Of a stretch of 64,000 bases of DNA, positions 52,020 through 64,000 are shown piece by piece. Numbering within the stretch: the first letter of the stretch is position 1; every line of letters begins with the position of its first letter. The position numbers and the translations under genes were made by a program. Source of the stretch: Dicyema japonicum (Eukaryota > Animalia > Dicyemida). The notes beneath the pieces are model-generated. The model had not been told where the DNA came from. It ran no database searches and was given only the letters and a program-made list of their open reading frames with translations. Location: assembly GCA_011109175.1 (NCBI GenBank), contig RDEW01000017.1:616568-680567 (forward strand). Reading direction: 5' to 3'.

Positions 52020-52380
52020 AATCCCTTCCAAACCCAACAAACTGAATTGTTTGAAACAAATACACGATTATGTTTCCGCAAGAGAACCTTCCTAAGACTA
52101 ATGATAAAAAACTTCCTCTAATCGTCCAACAAAATTCTCTCTCCCAGGATCATTTAGGTAAACCTGGATCGTTAACTATTTGGTGACCATTCTTCTCTAC
52201 CAACTACGTACTTAAACTGGATGATGTTAAAGATCCTTTGTTCCTTTGCAACCTTTCCTAGTTCATAGAAAACCACATTTTTAAATGTCCTGAATTATTA
52301 ACTGTTCGTCTGAAATACCAAGACTGACCGATCTACAAGAGCGACCGGCATTCCTGCATTCTATTTAATAGCCTCTGGTC
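52020..52380 (+). mobile_element. LINE 3' terminal fragment
   Basis: HIFKCPEL CCHC-like remnant; tail matches 29770-29890 (AAGACTGAC.GATCTA...GCGACC.GCATT). Confidence 0.45.
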
Positions 52381-53211
52381 TTCTACAAGTAAATGAGGAT
52401 AAGGTAACTCAACTAACTAAACAAAAATGAATGACTTCATCCACTCTGAGATATTTGACTGAGGTGGATCCGTCGAACAATTTTATTTCAGACACCACAT
52501 GACTAAATGAGATATTAACATGCGATGCTCATCATTAAAATTATCCGCAATCGAGGACACTGCAATAAAGTTAATTGGACCAGAATTTTTGAGCTGATCC
52601 CTTATCACATGAGAAGAGGTGTTCAGGATTCTCGACCCCGCAGAGTCACCTCTCCTTGTGGGTCTGAATTCACTTAGTTAGTTGAGAACGTTTATTTCCT
52701 TCATTTTGATCCAATGATCCTGAAGGCAATAATAATAAAAACCTGTGAAAATTGAATCTCTTTTCCCCAACCAGCTTGTAGAAATATTTCGTGACTTTTG
52801 AAAAAAAAATTGCGTATACTAGACATATTTTGATTTAAGCTTAAATTTGCAATGAAATAACAAAATTACCAAATCTTTTGGTTAAGAAACTTCGTCCAGT
52901 TAATAGTACCCCAAATTTGATATCTAATATATTGCGACTTAAATTTGGAGGTAAATATAATATCCATCCTTGATCTTCTCCAAAAATACTCATTTTCTTG
53001 CAGCTAGTGAACATCGAATTCAGCTTCTCCACACCTATACCTAAATCACCCAATTAATTCAACGTGAATGTTCTAGTAATGTCAGCACTTTCCAAATTTA
53101 ATGTAATGTCTAGGAGCCCATTTAGACGTGCTGTCGTCAATATTTTAATTTAAGACTCCGTTGTTCAGTGAGTCTAGCATGCATGAGAGTATTCCGACTT
53201 ACAACATCGGG

Positions 53212-53518
53212 TTGTTAGCAACATCTTGCATCTCAATTTACTATTTTGGCAAAATGAAATTGGAGAATACTTAAGCCTTAAAACGATCGATCTGGCAAAC
53301 AAAACTAATTTTGATAGTTTTTGCAGTCAATAAATCTCGTGTCCAATTAATGAGACAAATATTCNTTGTTAGCAACATCTTGCATCTCAATTTAATAGTT
53401 TGGCAAAATGAACTTGGAGAATACTTAAGCCTTAAAACGATCGATCTGGCAAACAAAACTAATTTTGATAGTTTTTGCAGTCAATAAATCTCGTGTCCAA
53501 TTAATGAGACAAATATTC
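53212..53518. repeat. 153-bp tandem duplication joined by a single N (likely assembly overlap)
   Basis: Copies 53212-53364 and 53366-53518 differ at a few bases; N at 53365. Confidence 0.9.
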
Positions 53519-53994
53519 GACTTCGCCTTGTATGTTTGGTATCAATAGAACATTCTTTCTCAATTGGGCAAGTAGTCCTGAGCCAATAACAATACTTACC
53601 TCGCAAGGATGATCCTGTCACAAATCTTATACCTTTTAATATTTGAGGCGGCATGTTTTCGTAATTTTTCTCGAAATATTTTTCATGGTGATATTTGCTG
53701 GTGTTCTTGGATCTATTCTTTAAATGTTGCCAAACAGAATCCTACATGCTTGTGTGACCATACCTATGACTAGAGCCATTTTTGAAATAAAGTCAACAAT
53801 TCTAATGTTCTTTATAATTGTTTAAAACTTATTAAAATTTCATTCATTTTATTGATTTTTATTTTTTAATTTTTCAAATTTTTAAATAAAATAATAGCTT
53901 CGATCAATAATCATTATATCTTTCTGTGCTATGCTCTCTACTGTTAGCTACTTTTGAGGTTTAGCTTGCATTCATTATAGAGCTGAAAAAGTTT

Positions 53995-54620
53995 TTGTTT
54001 TGTTCGACGATTTCGATAATCGGGGACAGAAATACACAGTGTTCGAGTGCGTATTGGAAAATGTATGTCGCGAGAAATCGTGACAACAGTGGCCATACTC
54101 GAGGAGACTTCCTCCTTCCAGTATTGTTCGCTGTATACCTTGAATCTGTTCTAAGAGATCTCCGGAAGTATTACAGGGACGATATTATGGAAATTGTTTA
54201 CGCCGATGATGTTGACTTTGTCTCGAACAACAAAGATGCACTTATACGTTTACTGGAGGTAGCACCTTCCGTCTGGTTAAATGCTCTATATTAATGAGCG
54301 CTTCGAAGACGGATGTCGTCAAGTTCAAGGGGATGGAACCAGCAGTACCTAAAACTGAAAGAAAACCATAAAACTTGTATTGCTTCTTGGGGACTCCGAT
54401 GTCATTGCAAGAAGGAATTTGTTATCTACGGTGACCATGCAAAAGCTTTTGAAAGGATGGATTCAAAGGCGTGTTGTCTGCACATCACTCCGAATCAGAT
54501 TGTATGAGGCTACCGGGATACTAACTCTGGAACATGGGGAATCTCAAAAACCTTTGACAAAGGCTCGACTACATAGGAATCAACTTCGGTCTCTTGGGAT
54601 TGAAGTTTGCCAATGCTTGT
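53995..54620 (+). mobile_element. RTE-clade RT fragment
   Basis: GDFLLPVLFAVYLESVLR, YADDVDF, LLGDS. Confidence 0.75.
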
Positions 54621-55142
54621 AAGGGGTAATATGTGTTACAAAAAATGTTTTTCTGGAACTCTGAGTATTTTTAATAACTTATATTAATGCCATGATTAAT
54701 TTTATGACAGTACACAAAATGAGATAATAACTTTTTTTAATATGCAAACTATATTTTTAAACAGTATATTTTGCTCGGCAATTTAAAATTGGAAACTATG
54801 TATTTTTTCTAAACAATCAAAAATTAAAGAATTTAATATTACTAGTTAAAGCAATATGAAAACCAGCTTTATATGGATCAGAACAAAGAGTTATCCCAAC
54901 CAACACAAGTTATCAGAAACCATTCCCGTGATCGCAGCGACAACCATTAAAGTGCATTAAATCAGATTAAGAAATACAGCATACTTTATTCCAGGTTTTA
55001 TATGTAAGACTCTTTTGTATCCTCTAAATAGCTACTTTGCCCATTAGCCACACTTTAGCGGCCTGTAGTTTTTGTCCTTATGTAACCTAAACAATTATGC
55101 ACATAATCTCCGCCAAACTGTTTGATTCCTGGATTGGGGGGA

Positions 55143-55378
55143 GTAACGAATTCCGTTAGACTGTTCTTACATAAATGTTAAGGCGATACTTTACTAAGAA
55201 AATTTAACGTCTCCATTGCTGCCAAAAGAGCTGGTTATGTCTTTAAAAGATTTCGCTCAAGTAACGAATTCCGTTAGACTGTTCTTACATAAATGTTAAG
55301 GCGATACTTTACTAAGAAAATTTAACGTCTCCATTGCTGCCAAAAGAGCTGGTTATGTCTTTAAAAGATTTCGCTCAA
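55143..55378. repeat. Exact 118-bp tandem duplication
   Basis: Units start at 55143 and 55261. Confidence 0.9.
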
Positions 55379-56498
55379 AGTCCTGTTTACTTGATGGATA
55401 CGTAATTGGCTATTTTGAAGAATTTTTTTAACAGTAGCTATTGCTTTCTCCCTAGAGACTTTGTCACTCTTAGCGGCCACAAGATGGATTAGTTAGTTGC
55501 CATCTTCATTATTGATGGCAAAAAAACTTGGCTTTCAGATTATTGACTAGTTGTGTGCACTCGTATGTTTTTCTAGTCCGTTTTCTAATCTTTGCATTTC
55601 CTCTATAAATCATAGAAGATATGCTTCTGTATCCTGATATATCTCTATGACCCAAGAATGACTTGGGTTTATATTATTATTTTTTCTCTCACTAGCAATA
55701 TATTGTTGACTCATTTCGTTAAAAGATTTGTGGACAAATGAATTTGGAGACATTCTCAGCCAATAGATCCGGTGAAAGCACATGCTCGCGCTGGAATCTG
55801 TAACTGAAGGAAATCAGAGAGTCTTCCACCCATTCGTGGAAACAGTTTATGTTCTTAAAATTTAGTATTACAAGTACTGACTCTCAACCTATTTACGACT
55901 AACCTATTTCATTTATTACACGTGCTCACCTATATCATTCTACTAGACTTCATAATGATAAAATTCTGCAGTTTTTTCTGGTCTCCTTCATTCCTGTTAA
56001 TTTGCATTCATTGCGTACGACAGAGATGTCTGTCTCAGATTCATTGTCTATAAAAAGATCGGGTATCTCTCTCTAGTGGATAGCAAGTCGTTAATCAAAA
56101 CTGGAAACTGTTTTTCGGAGATCTAAGAGTCTAGGAATATGTCTACCCGCGCATCAACAATTAAAAACATTTTGAAGAGGTTTTAGAGACCACATCACTG
56201 TAAAGCTAGCAAATTCCGTTTTATTGTCGTTGATAGAATATTCCTTACGGAAAGTGACTTGGAGGTCTCAGGTCCATTAATAAAGACTAAAGTATTAACA
56301 AACTTTGTTTTCCTGATCACTCATCATCAACCAAAAGACTATGGCCAGACTCTACATATTCAAGTTACCTCGAAGGTTTTCCAGTATTTTGATAAAAAAA
56401 TAAACCTGGAACATCGTATCTTCGAAGAGAAAGAGATTCATTGCAGGATTTAACTCGTTGTAGTTTTGAGATCCTCAATTAGTAGCCTTCGTGAAGTG

Positions 56499-56714
56499 TT
56501 GACGTTTGTGATCGGCAGATAGTTAGGTTCTCTATCCTTCTAAGAATTGTGAGTGATAATACCAGAGCAAATGGCAATAAACGAAAAGATGTGTGAATAA
56601 GGCTTTTTGACGTTTGTGATCGGCAGATAGTTAGGTTCTCTATCCTTCTAAGAATTGTGAGTGATAATACCAGAGCAAATGGCAATAAACGAAAAGATGT
56701 GTGAATAAGGCTTT
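56499..56714. repeat. Exact 108-bp tandem duplication
   Basis: Units start at 56499 and 56607. Confidence 0.9.
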
Positions 56715-57071
56715 TTCTTTTACATAAGAATGATTTATGTACGAATTCTGATACTGTCTTTTGCAGTTGCCGTCCACCACTTTCTATCAATACATCTGCA
56801 ACCACAACTTTGTTAGATTCTCGGAAGTTTTAACGTATTCGGATTCCAACTGTTTCCTGCGTTTAAATCAGACTATTATACTATTTCACATTAATATTGG
56901 CCCAGAGTTGAATCGGAATCGAGTTCAAATATTGGAATCAATTTACTCTATGGCTAAGGTTTGTTGGTCTTATTGCCCATGAAGTAGTGGAACAATTGGA
57001 AAGTCAACTCTGTAGTCAGTAAGGTATTTACGAATATCTGTCTTGACAATTTTCAAACGCCAAGACGAAAG

Positions 57072-57376
57072 AAAACACAAAGTATTTCTCGTAGAGTTCC
57101 TTTAAACAATCCGGGGGAGTGATCTCTGGAATCAGCATAATTTCCAGTAAACTGCAATATCTAAAAATCAATTTGAGGTTGAACATGAACGTGTGCAATA
57201 TCTGAGATTGGGGTTATCTTCTTNAAAACATAAAGTATTTCTTGTAGAGTTCTTTTGAACAATCCGGGGGAGTGATCTCTGGAATCAGCATAACTTCCAG
57301 TAAACTGCAATATCTAAAAATCAATTTGAGGTTGAACATGAACGTGTGCAATATCTGAGATTGGGGTTATCTTCTT
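57072..57376. repeat. 152-bp tandem duplication joined by a single N (likely assembly overlap)
   Basis: N at 57224; copies differ at a few bases. Confidence 0.9.
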
Positions 57377-58415
57377 GAATTGGGTCCTCGGTGTTTCCGA
57401 ACAACTCAAGACATATTTGTGACAGAATCGTTAAATTTGGATTTTCAGACTGAACTTCTCTTGCCTCGATTAACTGTTCACATAGGGAGACCGCCTCACG
57501 TCATCGGGGTCAATAAACAGAATCTCAGCCTCGAGACAATACGAAAGTTGCGTTTTTGAAATGAAAATTTTCGAAAATAATTGTAAGTCATGCTATTTCT
57601 AGCCCAACATTCCCAATGATAAATAAATTGATAGACCTCCACAAGTGCCGTCAATTGGACGACCTTTGGTATTTATTAAATTCATCCAATAAACATGATT
57701 AATCGTTATTTTTTAGATTAAGAATAGTTTCAACTTCTTGTCTGCTGAGTCTCACTAGATGTATGATTTCACTCAACTTAAATTTAAATTAATTTTTTCA
57801 ATTTTCTAAAGCTATCATCCACCCTTTACAGCCCAAATGACCGGAGTCGTTTATAACAGATCACGATTTTATTTGTATTAGAAGCATTCTAAGACTCGAA
57901 GATAATAAAATACAACAGTGGCCCAGTTAATCAATCAGAATTTTATCTTCCGAGGGACGTCCAGATAAACCTGGTTCGTCTTCGATGTGGCACGAACCCT
58001 CTCTACTGATGTACAATATCCTCTGTCATTTTTGCAACTCCTGCGTGTTGATAACATTTCACATATCTGAATGTCATCAATTAGCACAACGGTCATGTAC
58101 AATGCCGGAACTGAACGATATATAGAACCGACCGAGGATTGCGGTCTACGTAATAATTGCTGGCCTCCGACAAATTATTGAGGCCGGGTTTACTTTACAA
58201 ACTAACTTACTTAAAATTATTAAAGTCGGTCCACCACTCCAATGGAAAAGTTTCCACAACTGCAAGCTCCGGAAGTACTCTGTTTCTGTCGTAGTGAAAA
58301 CTGGATACTATTAACTAGTCGTCTACTTTTGACTTTTTTCACCGTGTATCCGCTGTTAATAAATTAAAGTCGGTTAATGTCCATGATCTTAAGATAATTT
58401 TCAAAAAGTTGAACT

Positions 58416-58661
58416 TTCTACTTAATAATCACATTTTGAAGTGCTAGGAAAAACAAAAAACTTAACGATGACAGTGCATGCCTATGACCAATTAAAGGTC
58501 ATTCTATCAACCCATTTTCTCCGAATAGGCCTTAAATGTTCTACTTAATAATCACATTTTGAAGTGCTAGGAAAAACAAAAAACTTAACGATGACAGTGC
58601 ATGTCTATGACCAATTAAAGGTCATTCTATCAACCCATTTTCTCCGAATAGGCCTTAAATG
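58416..58661. repeat. 123-bp tandem duplication
   Basis: Units start at 58416 and 58539; one mismatch seen. Confidence 0.88.
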
Positions 58662-59003
58662 CTAAAAGTAGATTATAGATTGGCTCTTTCAGCTTTCATA
58701 GAAGTTATTTACTTTTTGTAGTCGATAGAATTGTGCACTTGGCATGCCTTGTATAATAGATAACGAAACCTTTTTTAAAATTCAAATTCAGCCAATAATT
58801 CAGTCTGGACAGCCGGATTCAATGTGTAGCTGTTGACATCACAACATAATAATTAGTTATTATTAACTAACTAATCACAACAAAATATATGCTCAAATTC
58901 AAAAATCACATTTATTTAATGCATATTTTTATTATAATTAATATAAAATTTATTATTAAATGTAATAACTAACGGTTAAATCGCAAAAATTTTGAGTTAT
59001 TAT

Positions 59004-60903
59004 TAGGGCAATTTAAGTGCTAAAATGCTATTTTTATTTTTTATACTTTTTTTAAATATACAATTGAATTTGGAATAATTATTTTTTAATTTTGTTAAAA
59101 AAAACATACATTATAATTGCTATAAGTGCTATTTTTAATTTTAAATGCTAATTTTTGTTTAAATGCTAATTTAAATTGCAGTTAATAATGTGTTTACGGA
59201 TTCCGAAATTCGCGGAGCACTCCTTCGGCTGAATAACAACAGAGCAGCTGGCTATGACAATATTTGTATGGAGTTGTTAAAATACGCACCAACCCAGCTA
59301 GCAGAAAAGATAACTTTCATATTCAACGAGATATTCAGGACTCATTGTTCAATTGACATCGCGATGAGAGTTCTACTTCCTTTACAAAAACCTGGCAAAC
59401 CTGCAGGTCCAATTGAAAATTTCAAGCCGATCGTGCTTTTGACCACTTTGCGAAAAACATTGTCGATTACAACATTGAATCGAATATCAAATTCAGATGA
59501 CCAATACTTGTCACAAAGTCAAAGCGGATTCAGACCAGGAAAATCAACTGCTGATATAGTATGGAGTCATCGTTAGCTTACGGCAATATGTAAGAAGTAC
59601 ATAAAAACAATATATACTCTGGGAGTCGACTAATCAAAAGCATTCGACTGTGTCTGCCGAGATAAACTATTGCAAGCTCTCAAGGACATAATTGATGAGG
59701 ACTGTTTGATGATTGTGCGTTTTTTGCTGGCTGACACGAGCCTCATAGTGAAAGTGGGGAAGGGCTATTCGGAAATATTAACGACCGGCATTGGTATTCC
59801 GCAAGGGGACTCGCTTTCGCCAGTTCTCCTTGCAATCTATTTGGAAGCTGCGTTGAGGAACGTTAGGAAAGAATTAGGTCACTTAAATAAATATTTTGTT
59901 GAATTAATGTATGCTGATGACATCGATTTTGTGTCTGAGGATGTGGTGGTAATAAGAACTGTAATAGATAAAGCCACAACAGTTCTGGAGAGGTGGTCTT
60001 TAAAGATCAATTCAGAAACGGAGTTAACTTCGATTCAGCGGTTACCGACACGGATTGATAAGAAATGGAAGTTTACTAAAAGGCTCGGCTCGTTTTTGGG
60101 TGATGCTGAGGACATTGCTCGCAGAAAGATGTTAGCATCGTGTGCACTAAAAAGATGTGGAGTATTTGGACTCGCAGAAAACTTATCTTCTTACATCTTC
60201 GGATGTGCTTATATAGCGCGTTCATACAACAAGTCCTATTATATAACTCGGGAACATGGGGAACATCAAAAACGGAACGTGACTGACTAGACACATTTCA
60301 AAGAAATCAATTGAAAAAAATAGCGGGAATTAAATGGCCACAGATTATCAAAAAAGACACTCTCTACAAATTATGTAAATGCAAACCGATAAGCAGAGAA
60401 GTAATTACCTCACGTTGGCGACTTATCGGACATGTTCTGAGAATGGACGAAGTGATTCCTTGCAATCAAATGATGGAAGATTACTATTATACAAGGACCT
60501 CATTTTGATAATGACAAGGCAAATATCAAAAATTATATAAATAAAAGAATGGAGGAAAATGGATTTAAACTTATTATTGAAATGACTGAACCAAAAATTA
60601 GCCAACAAGATTATTTTTCTTTTTCACGCTGTCAGGCATTTTATGCATCTGTTGAAAGAGCTATTAAAATGCTAAAAAATATTTAAAAAAAAAAGATAGG
60701 AACTTCCATCCAGACAATCCAGGCATTAACTTTTATTATACAATAAATAAAATTTAAATGTTATATTTTATTATTTTAAGTTATAGATTTGACAAATTTA
60801 AATGCTAGATTTTATCATTTTAAGTGCTAACTTTTTTAATTATAATTGCTAGATTTTGTGATTTTTTAGCGCTAAAAAAATTTGATAGAAACAACTTGCC
60901 CTA
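59004..60903. mobile_element. hAT-type non-autonomous element carrying an RTE insertion
   Basis: TIR TAGGGCAA...TTGCCCTA; perfect 8-bp TSD GTTATTAT (58996-59003, 60904-60911); TGCTA subterminal repeats at both ends. Confidence 0.85.
59190..60520 (+). mobile_element. RTE-clade retrotransposon RT, 5'-truncated
   Basis: NNRAAGYD, QSGFRPGKST, GIPQGDSLSPVL, YADDIDF, RWRLIGHVLRM; internal stops. Confidence 0.9.
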
Positions 60904-62695
60904 GTTATTATTATAAGTAACATGCTTGGAATAACTTGGCCACGTGGCACCAATTGAATCATAAAAACACCGTCATAGCCATAATGAAATCATGAAATCG
61001 CTAATATTTTATTATGTCGCAATCAATATTAAATATTTTATTTATGCTTTTTAATATTGGTTGCAATTTTACCAATTAATGATTAAGTAGTCAAATACAA
61101 TCTGATTTTTGATTACCATTAGATTTGGGAAATAATTTTTTTTTAACTTGAAGACTTTTCCCTATGGACTTTAACCTTTTTTAAAATCAACATATTGTTA
61201 ATTATAATATAGGTAATGAGGGCAATTTTTTAGAACGAGGGTTCCATTATGGTATGCAGGCATTAAGCACTCAAGGAATTATCTCTGGTGAGCCCAATGC
61301 CTTGGAATATACAACGTGTCATTCTAGGATGTTCTTCTTTAGTACTGCAAGTCGCCCGATCAGCCTTGTAAACTTTTCCGTTATGGTCCAATCATATTGA
61401 AAAATACGTTTGTTGTCATAGGAAATAGGTTTTCAATTCTGAGAGCTACCTGCCTTGACTGAAATTAATTTCTAGTAATTTATTACTGTTTGATTATAAA
61501 TAATAAGTTATAAAAATTAAAAAAAGTTTTATTATTAGAATATCAACAAAGTAAGATTGATTCCAGAGTATGAGATTGGTTATAGGATAATATGATGAGA
61601 TTTGAGATTCTGTATCGTAATTATATTAATATTAACCACCTGTTGTATTAATGAACCTTTCGGTGTTGTTAATTGCCAGTTGAAAGGGATGAGAAATTTT
61701 GTAGATTTCATTTTACTCAATGACACCACTAAAGGCGAGATTCTCCCAAGAATTATGGTAAGACATTTAAGCTTTCCAGACGCTCGACTGTGTGATTTGA
61801 AGAATATTAGTAGCTGCGATTTTCCATTTGACTCCATGAAGTTATGAAATAAAGTTAATCTCAAAATTGAGTGTTTATCCAGAATATTTAATGAATGACT
61901 ACCCAGAGTGTTCGACCAATTCTGTTGATAGAATATTATTTGACAATTACTTGTATTTAACAGAGAAAATAGTTTCCATATCATTATGATTGTTATAATA
62001 ATGTTAATTTATCACAATATTTTAATTCTCGTATGATTAGAAAAATGGGTGAATTAACGGCCATTAAAGAAAATCTTCGTCGTAGAATATTGTGTAAGAA
62101 ATATTATCGAAATATTACGTAATGTGTCATTATGGCTTCTCTAGACAATAAATTTACGAGTGGGAAGTGCCACACATTTGGAATATATCAATTTTGATTA
62201 AAAAATATGTCCGCAATTTTCTAAAAAATACTTGATTAATGATTTTGGTATTAAATCATGAATTGTGGCTTTGAAGAGGCTGATTATTTAGGGGAATATA
62301 GAATATGTAGAAATGTTTGTTATAATGAAAGTACTGTGAGTAGTTTGAAAATGTTTATTTACTTATAATTATGTCTGAAAACAGTCCTTATATACTGATT
62401 CTCTGTTTTCGTTTGAAATTGTTGAAAAAATAGGAAAAGCGAGTTTATTAATAGGCAATCATTCATTGTAACGTCATCTTTATATTAAATGTTGCGCAAC
62501 TTTACGTTAGATTACATAATTAAACAGTCAATAATTCAATTTAGATCAATTAGAGGTTTCTCTGGGATTTGTGCACTTGAGAGCTAGAGGTTTACGAGAT
62601 TATTGAAAAGGGACCAAGACTTCCTTCTTATCGAAGCAGTAGTCTTTAATCATTCGCATGTAACTTGAATAAAGTTCTACTGAGAGATAACCTTC

Positions 62696-62975
62696 TACTA
62701 TTCAAGAAATATATCTAAATATCCCTTTGCTTTCCGAAAGCAGATGATACTCAGTCGAGTACTTTCATGATACTATTTTCAGATTTGAGTTGAATTCGTT
62801 AGAATCCATAACTTTATATATTTTCAGAAATTTTTTTACTATTCAAGAAATATATCTAAATATCCCTTTGCTTTCCGAAAGCAGATGATACTCAGTCAAC
62901 TCCCTTCATGATACTATTTCCAGATTTGAGTTGTTTTCGTTAGAATTAATTACTTTTTAGATTTTCAGGAATTTC
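62696..62975. repeat. ~141-bp diverged tandem duplication
   Basis: Units start at 62696 and 62837; identical first half, diverged second half. Confidence 0.8.
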
Positions 62976-63149
62976 ATTTATAGATTCACCCGATTAAATA
63001 TTTTACTCATGTACGCAAGTAAAAAGGGGACAATGCTATATTTACATGTGAGTATGAACGCATTGAGTGATCCATGCATCCCTCTAACGAGATGATTTAT
63101 TGGTATTTCTTCAGGTTCCACTGCTTACATTTTCTTAGTCGGTTTTTGT

Positions 63150-63700
63150 AAAAATGTATTACGGAACGTTTATACTTCGTAAAAGTTCTATTGGAATTTC
63201 TGCTCAGAGCAAGCTTGCAATAGATCACTGGCCTCAAAAATCTAGACGAATACTTCTCCCTTTTTGGCCACTTCAAAGCAGCGAGAATCAGGAATCGAGC
63301 CTGAGCAAGTACATAGGCGTAAACAGTTGTTTGCAGAAGCTGGGTGTAAACAGGTGATTCTAAAACAATTCAAGAGAGAGTGAACCGAAAACAGACGGAA
63401 AGGGACGATCGCCCAAGTGACAGAGTAGTGTCTTGTGTCAAAACCCTGTTGAAGCCGTACCGAGAAGTCTTGGAGTTACTGAGAAGGAAACTCCCTGCTC
63501 CACCACCGAACCAGCGGAACTTGACAATGTTAGAAGATTTCCTGTCATTTACTCCCACGTAATTTGAAGTAGTGCATGGAATAAATTCTATTGTTTCAGT
63601 AGCTTCGGTTTTCGGCTCAACTTGGGGTGGGATTGATTGACCGATCGACGGATTTTTCAAATATCAGGAAGGAAATGACATTGGATCTCGGCATTCTAAT
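63150..63700 (+). mobile_element. CRE-clade pre-RT fragment
   Basis: EVLELLRRKLPAPP and GSTWGGID resemble the CRE region just before the RT. Confidence 0.4.
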
Positions 63701-64000
63701 AGCTGCCCTTAGAATCAAAAAATGACCTTAAAGTGAATTTAATTGCTTTAAAAATTAAATTGTATACCTAAAAGTTACCTAATATAACTTTAGAGTTAGG
63801 GTTAATTTTTATTAGTTAAATTAAAAACTAAATTAAAATGATGTCTTGAATATTATACAATTAATTTGACCAATGAGGACCATTCTTCAAAGCTTAACAT
63901 CTTTTCGCTTACAAATTCAATATTGCTAATCCTAAGTTAATTCTTTCATACTTTTCTATCCTCATAATAGCTCACGAATATTAAACCACTCATATCTGCT

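Larger units (their letters stand above)
53050..63100 (-). pseudogene. DNAH: Fragmented axonemal outer-arm beta-type (DNAH9/11/17-like) dynein heavy chain pseudogene
   Basis: Ordered minus-strand blocks: DKKEVL and IPEKP (62554-62632); AEILFIDPDD (57501-57529); FKKITPISDIAH (57344-57379); ELYEKYFVFSFVLAF (57054-57100); YNELNPAMNLFLFEDTM (56412-56463); SGKQSL (56299-56316); VLINDLLS (56078-56101); RLENGLEK (55568-55591); DKVSREKAIA (55436-55465); KDKNY-AAKVW (55049-55079). Many stops and indels. Core 54880-57600 is strong; outer blocks are weaker. Confidence 0.85.

Noticed and set aside
58250-58850. Dynein linker (N2)/AAA1 blocks
   Set aside because: Position is consistent with the relic, but matches (KAYSEKMG, LQNVII) are too weak to assert separately.

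Overview
AT-rich eukaryotic, almost certainly animal, nuclear DNA from a genome with extremely short GT-AG introns: 31 introns called by hand in six genes, all 22-28 nt. Reduced parasitic animals such as myxozoans or dicyemids would fit, but the organism is an inference. Six host genes can be rebuilt: stomatin, a divergent Rab7, an SLC35A nucleotide-sugar transporter, a complete TRAF, a tandem MATH-like protein and an alpha/beta hydrolase with a mitochondrial-type presequence. Most of the rest is decayed mobile DNA: I-group LINEs, RTE, CRE and other RLE-type retroelements, a tRNA-Arg-derived SINE family, hAT elements with intact TIR/TSD, and a MULE remnant. Highlights: (1) a ~10 kb shattered pseudogene of an axonemal outer-arm beta-type dynein heavy chain (about 53.0-63.1 kb, minus strand) that still carries 24-nt introns; (2) two 2A ribosome-skipping motifs, one heading a LINE ORF and one orphan just upstream of a host gene; (3) a 48-bp tandem array whose unit contains a 23-nt canonical-looking intron. 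No rRNA, intact tRNA or CRISPR array was seen. All family assignments come from manual translation and recalled motifs, not database searches. Mobile-element remnant boundaries are approximate unless TIR/TSD are stated.
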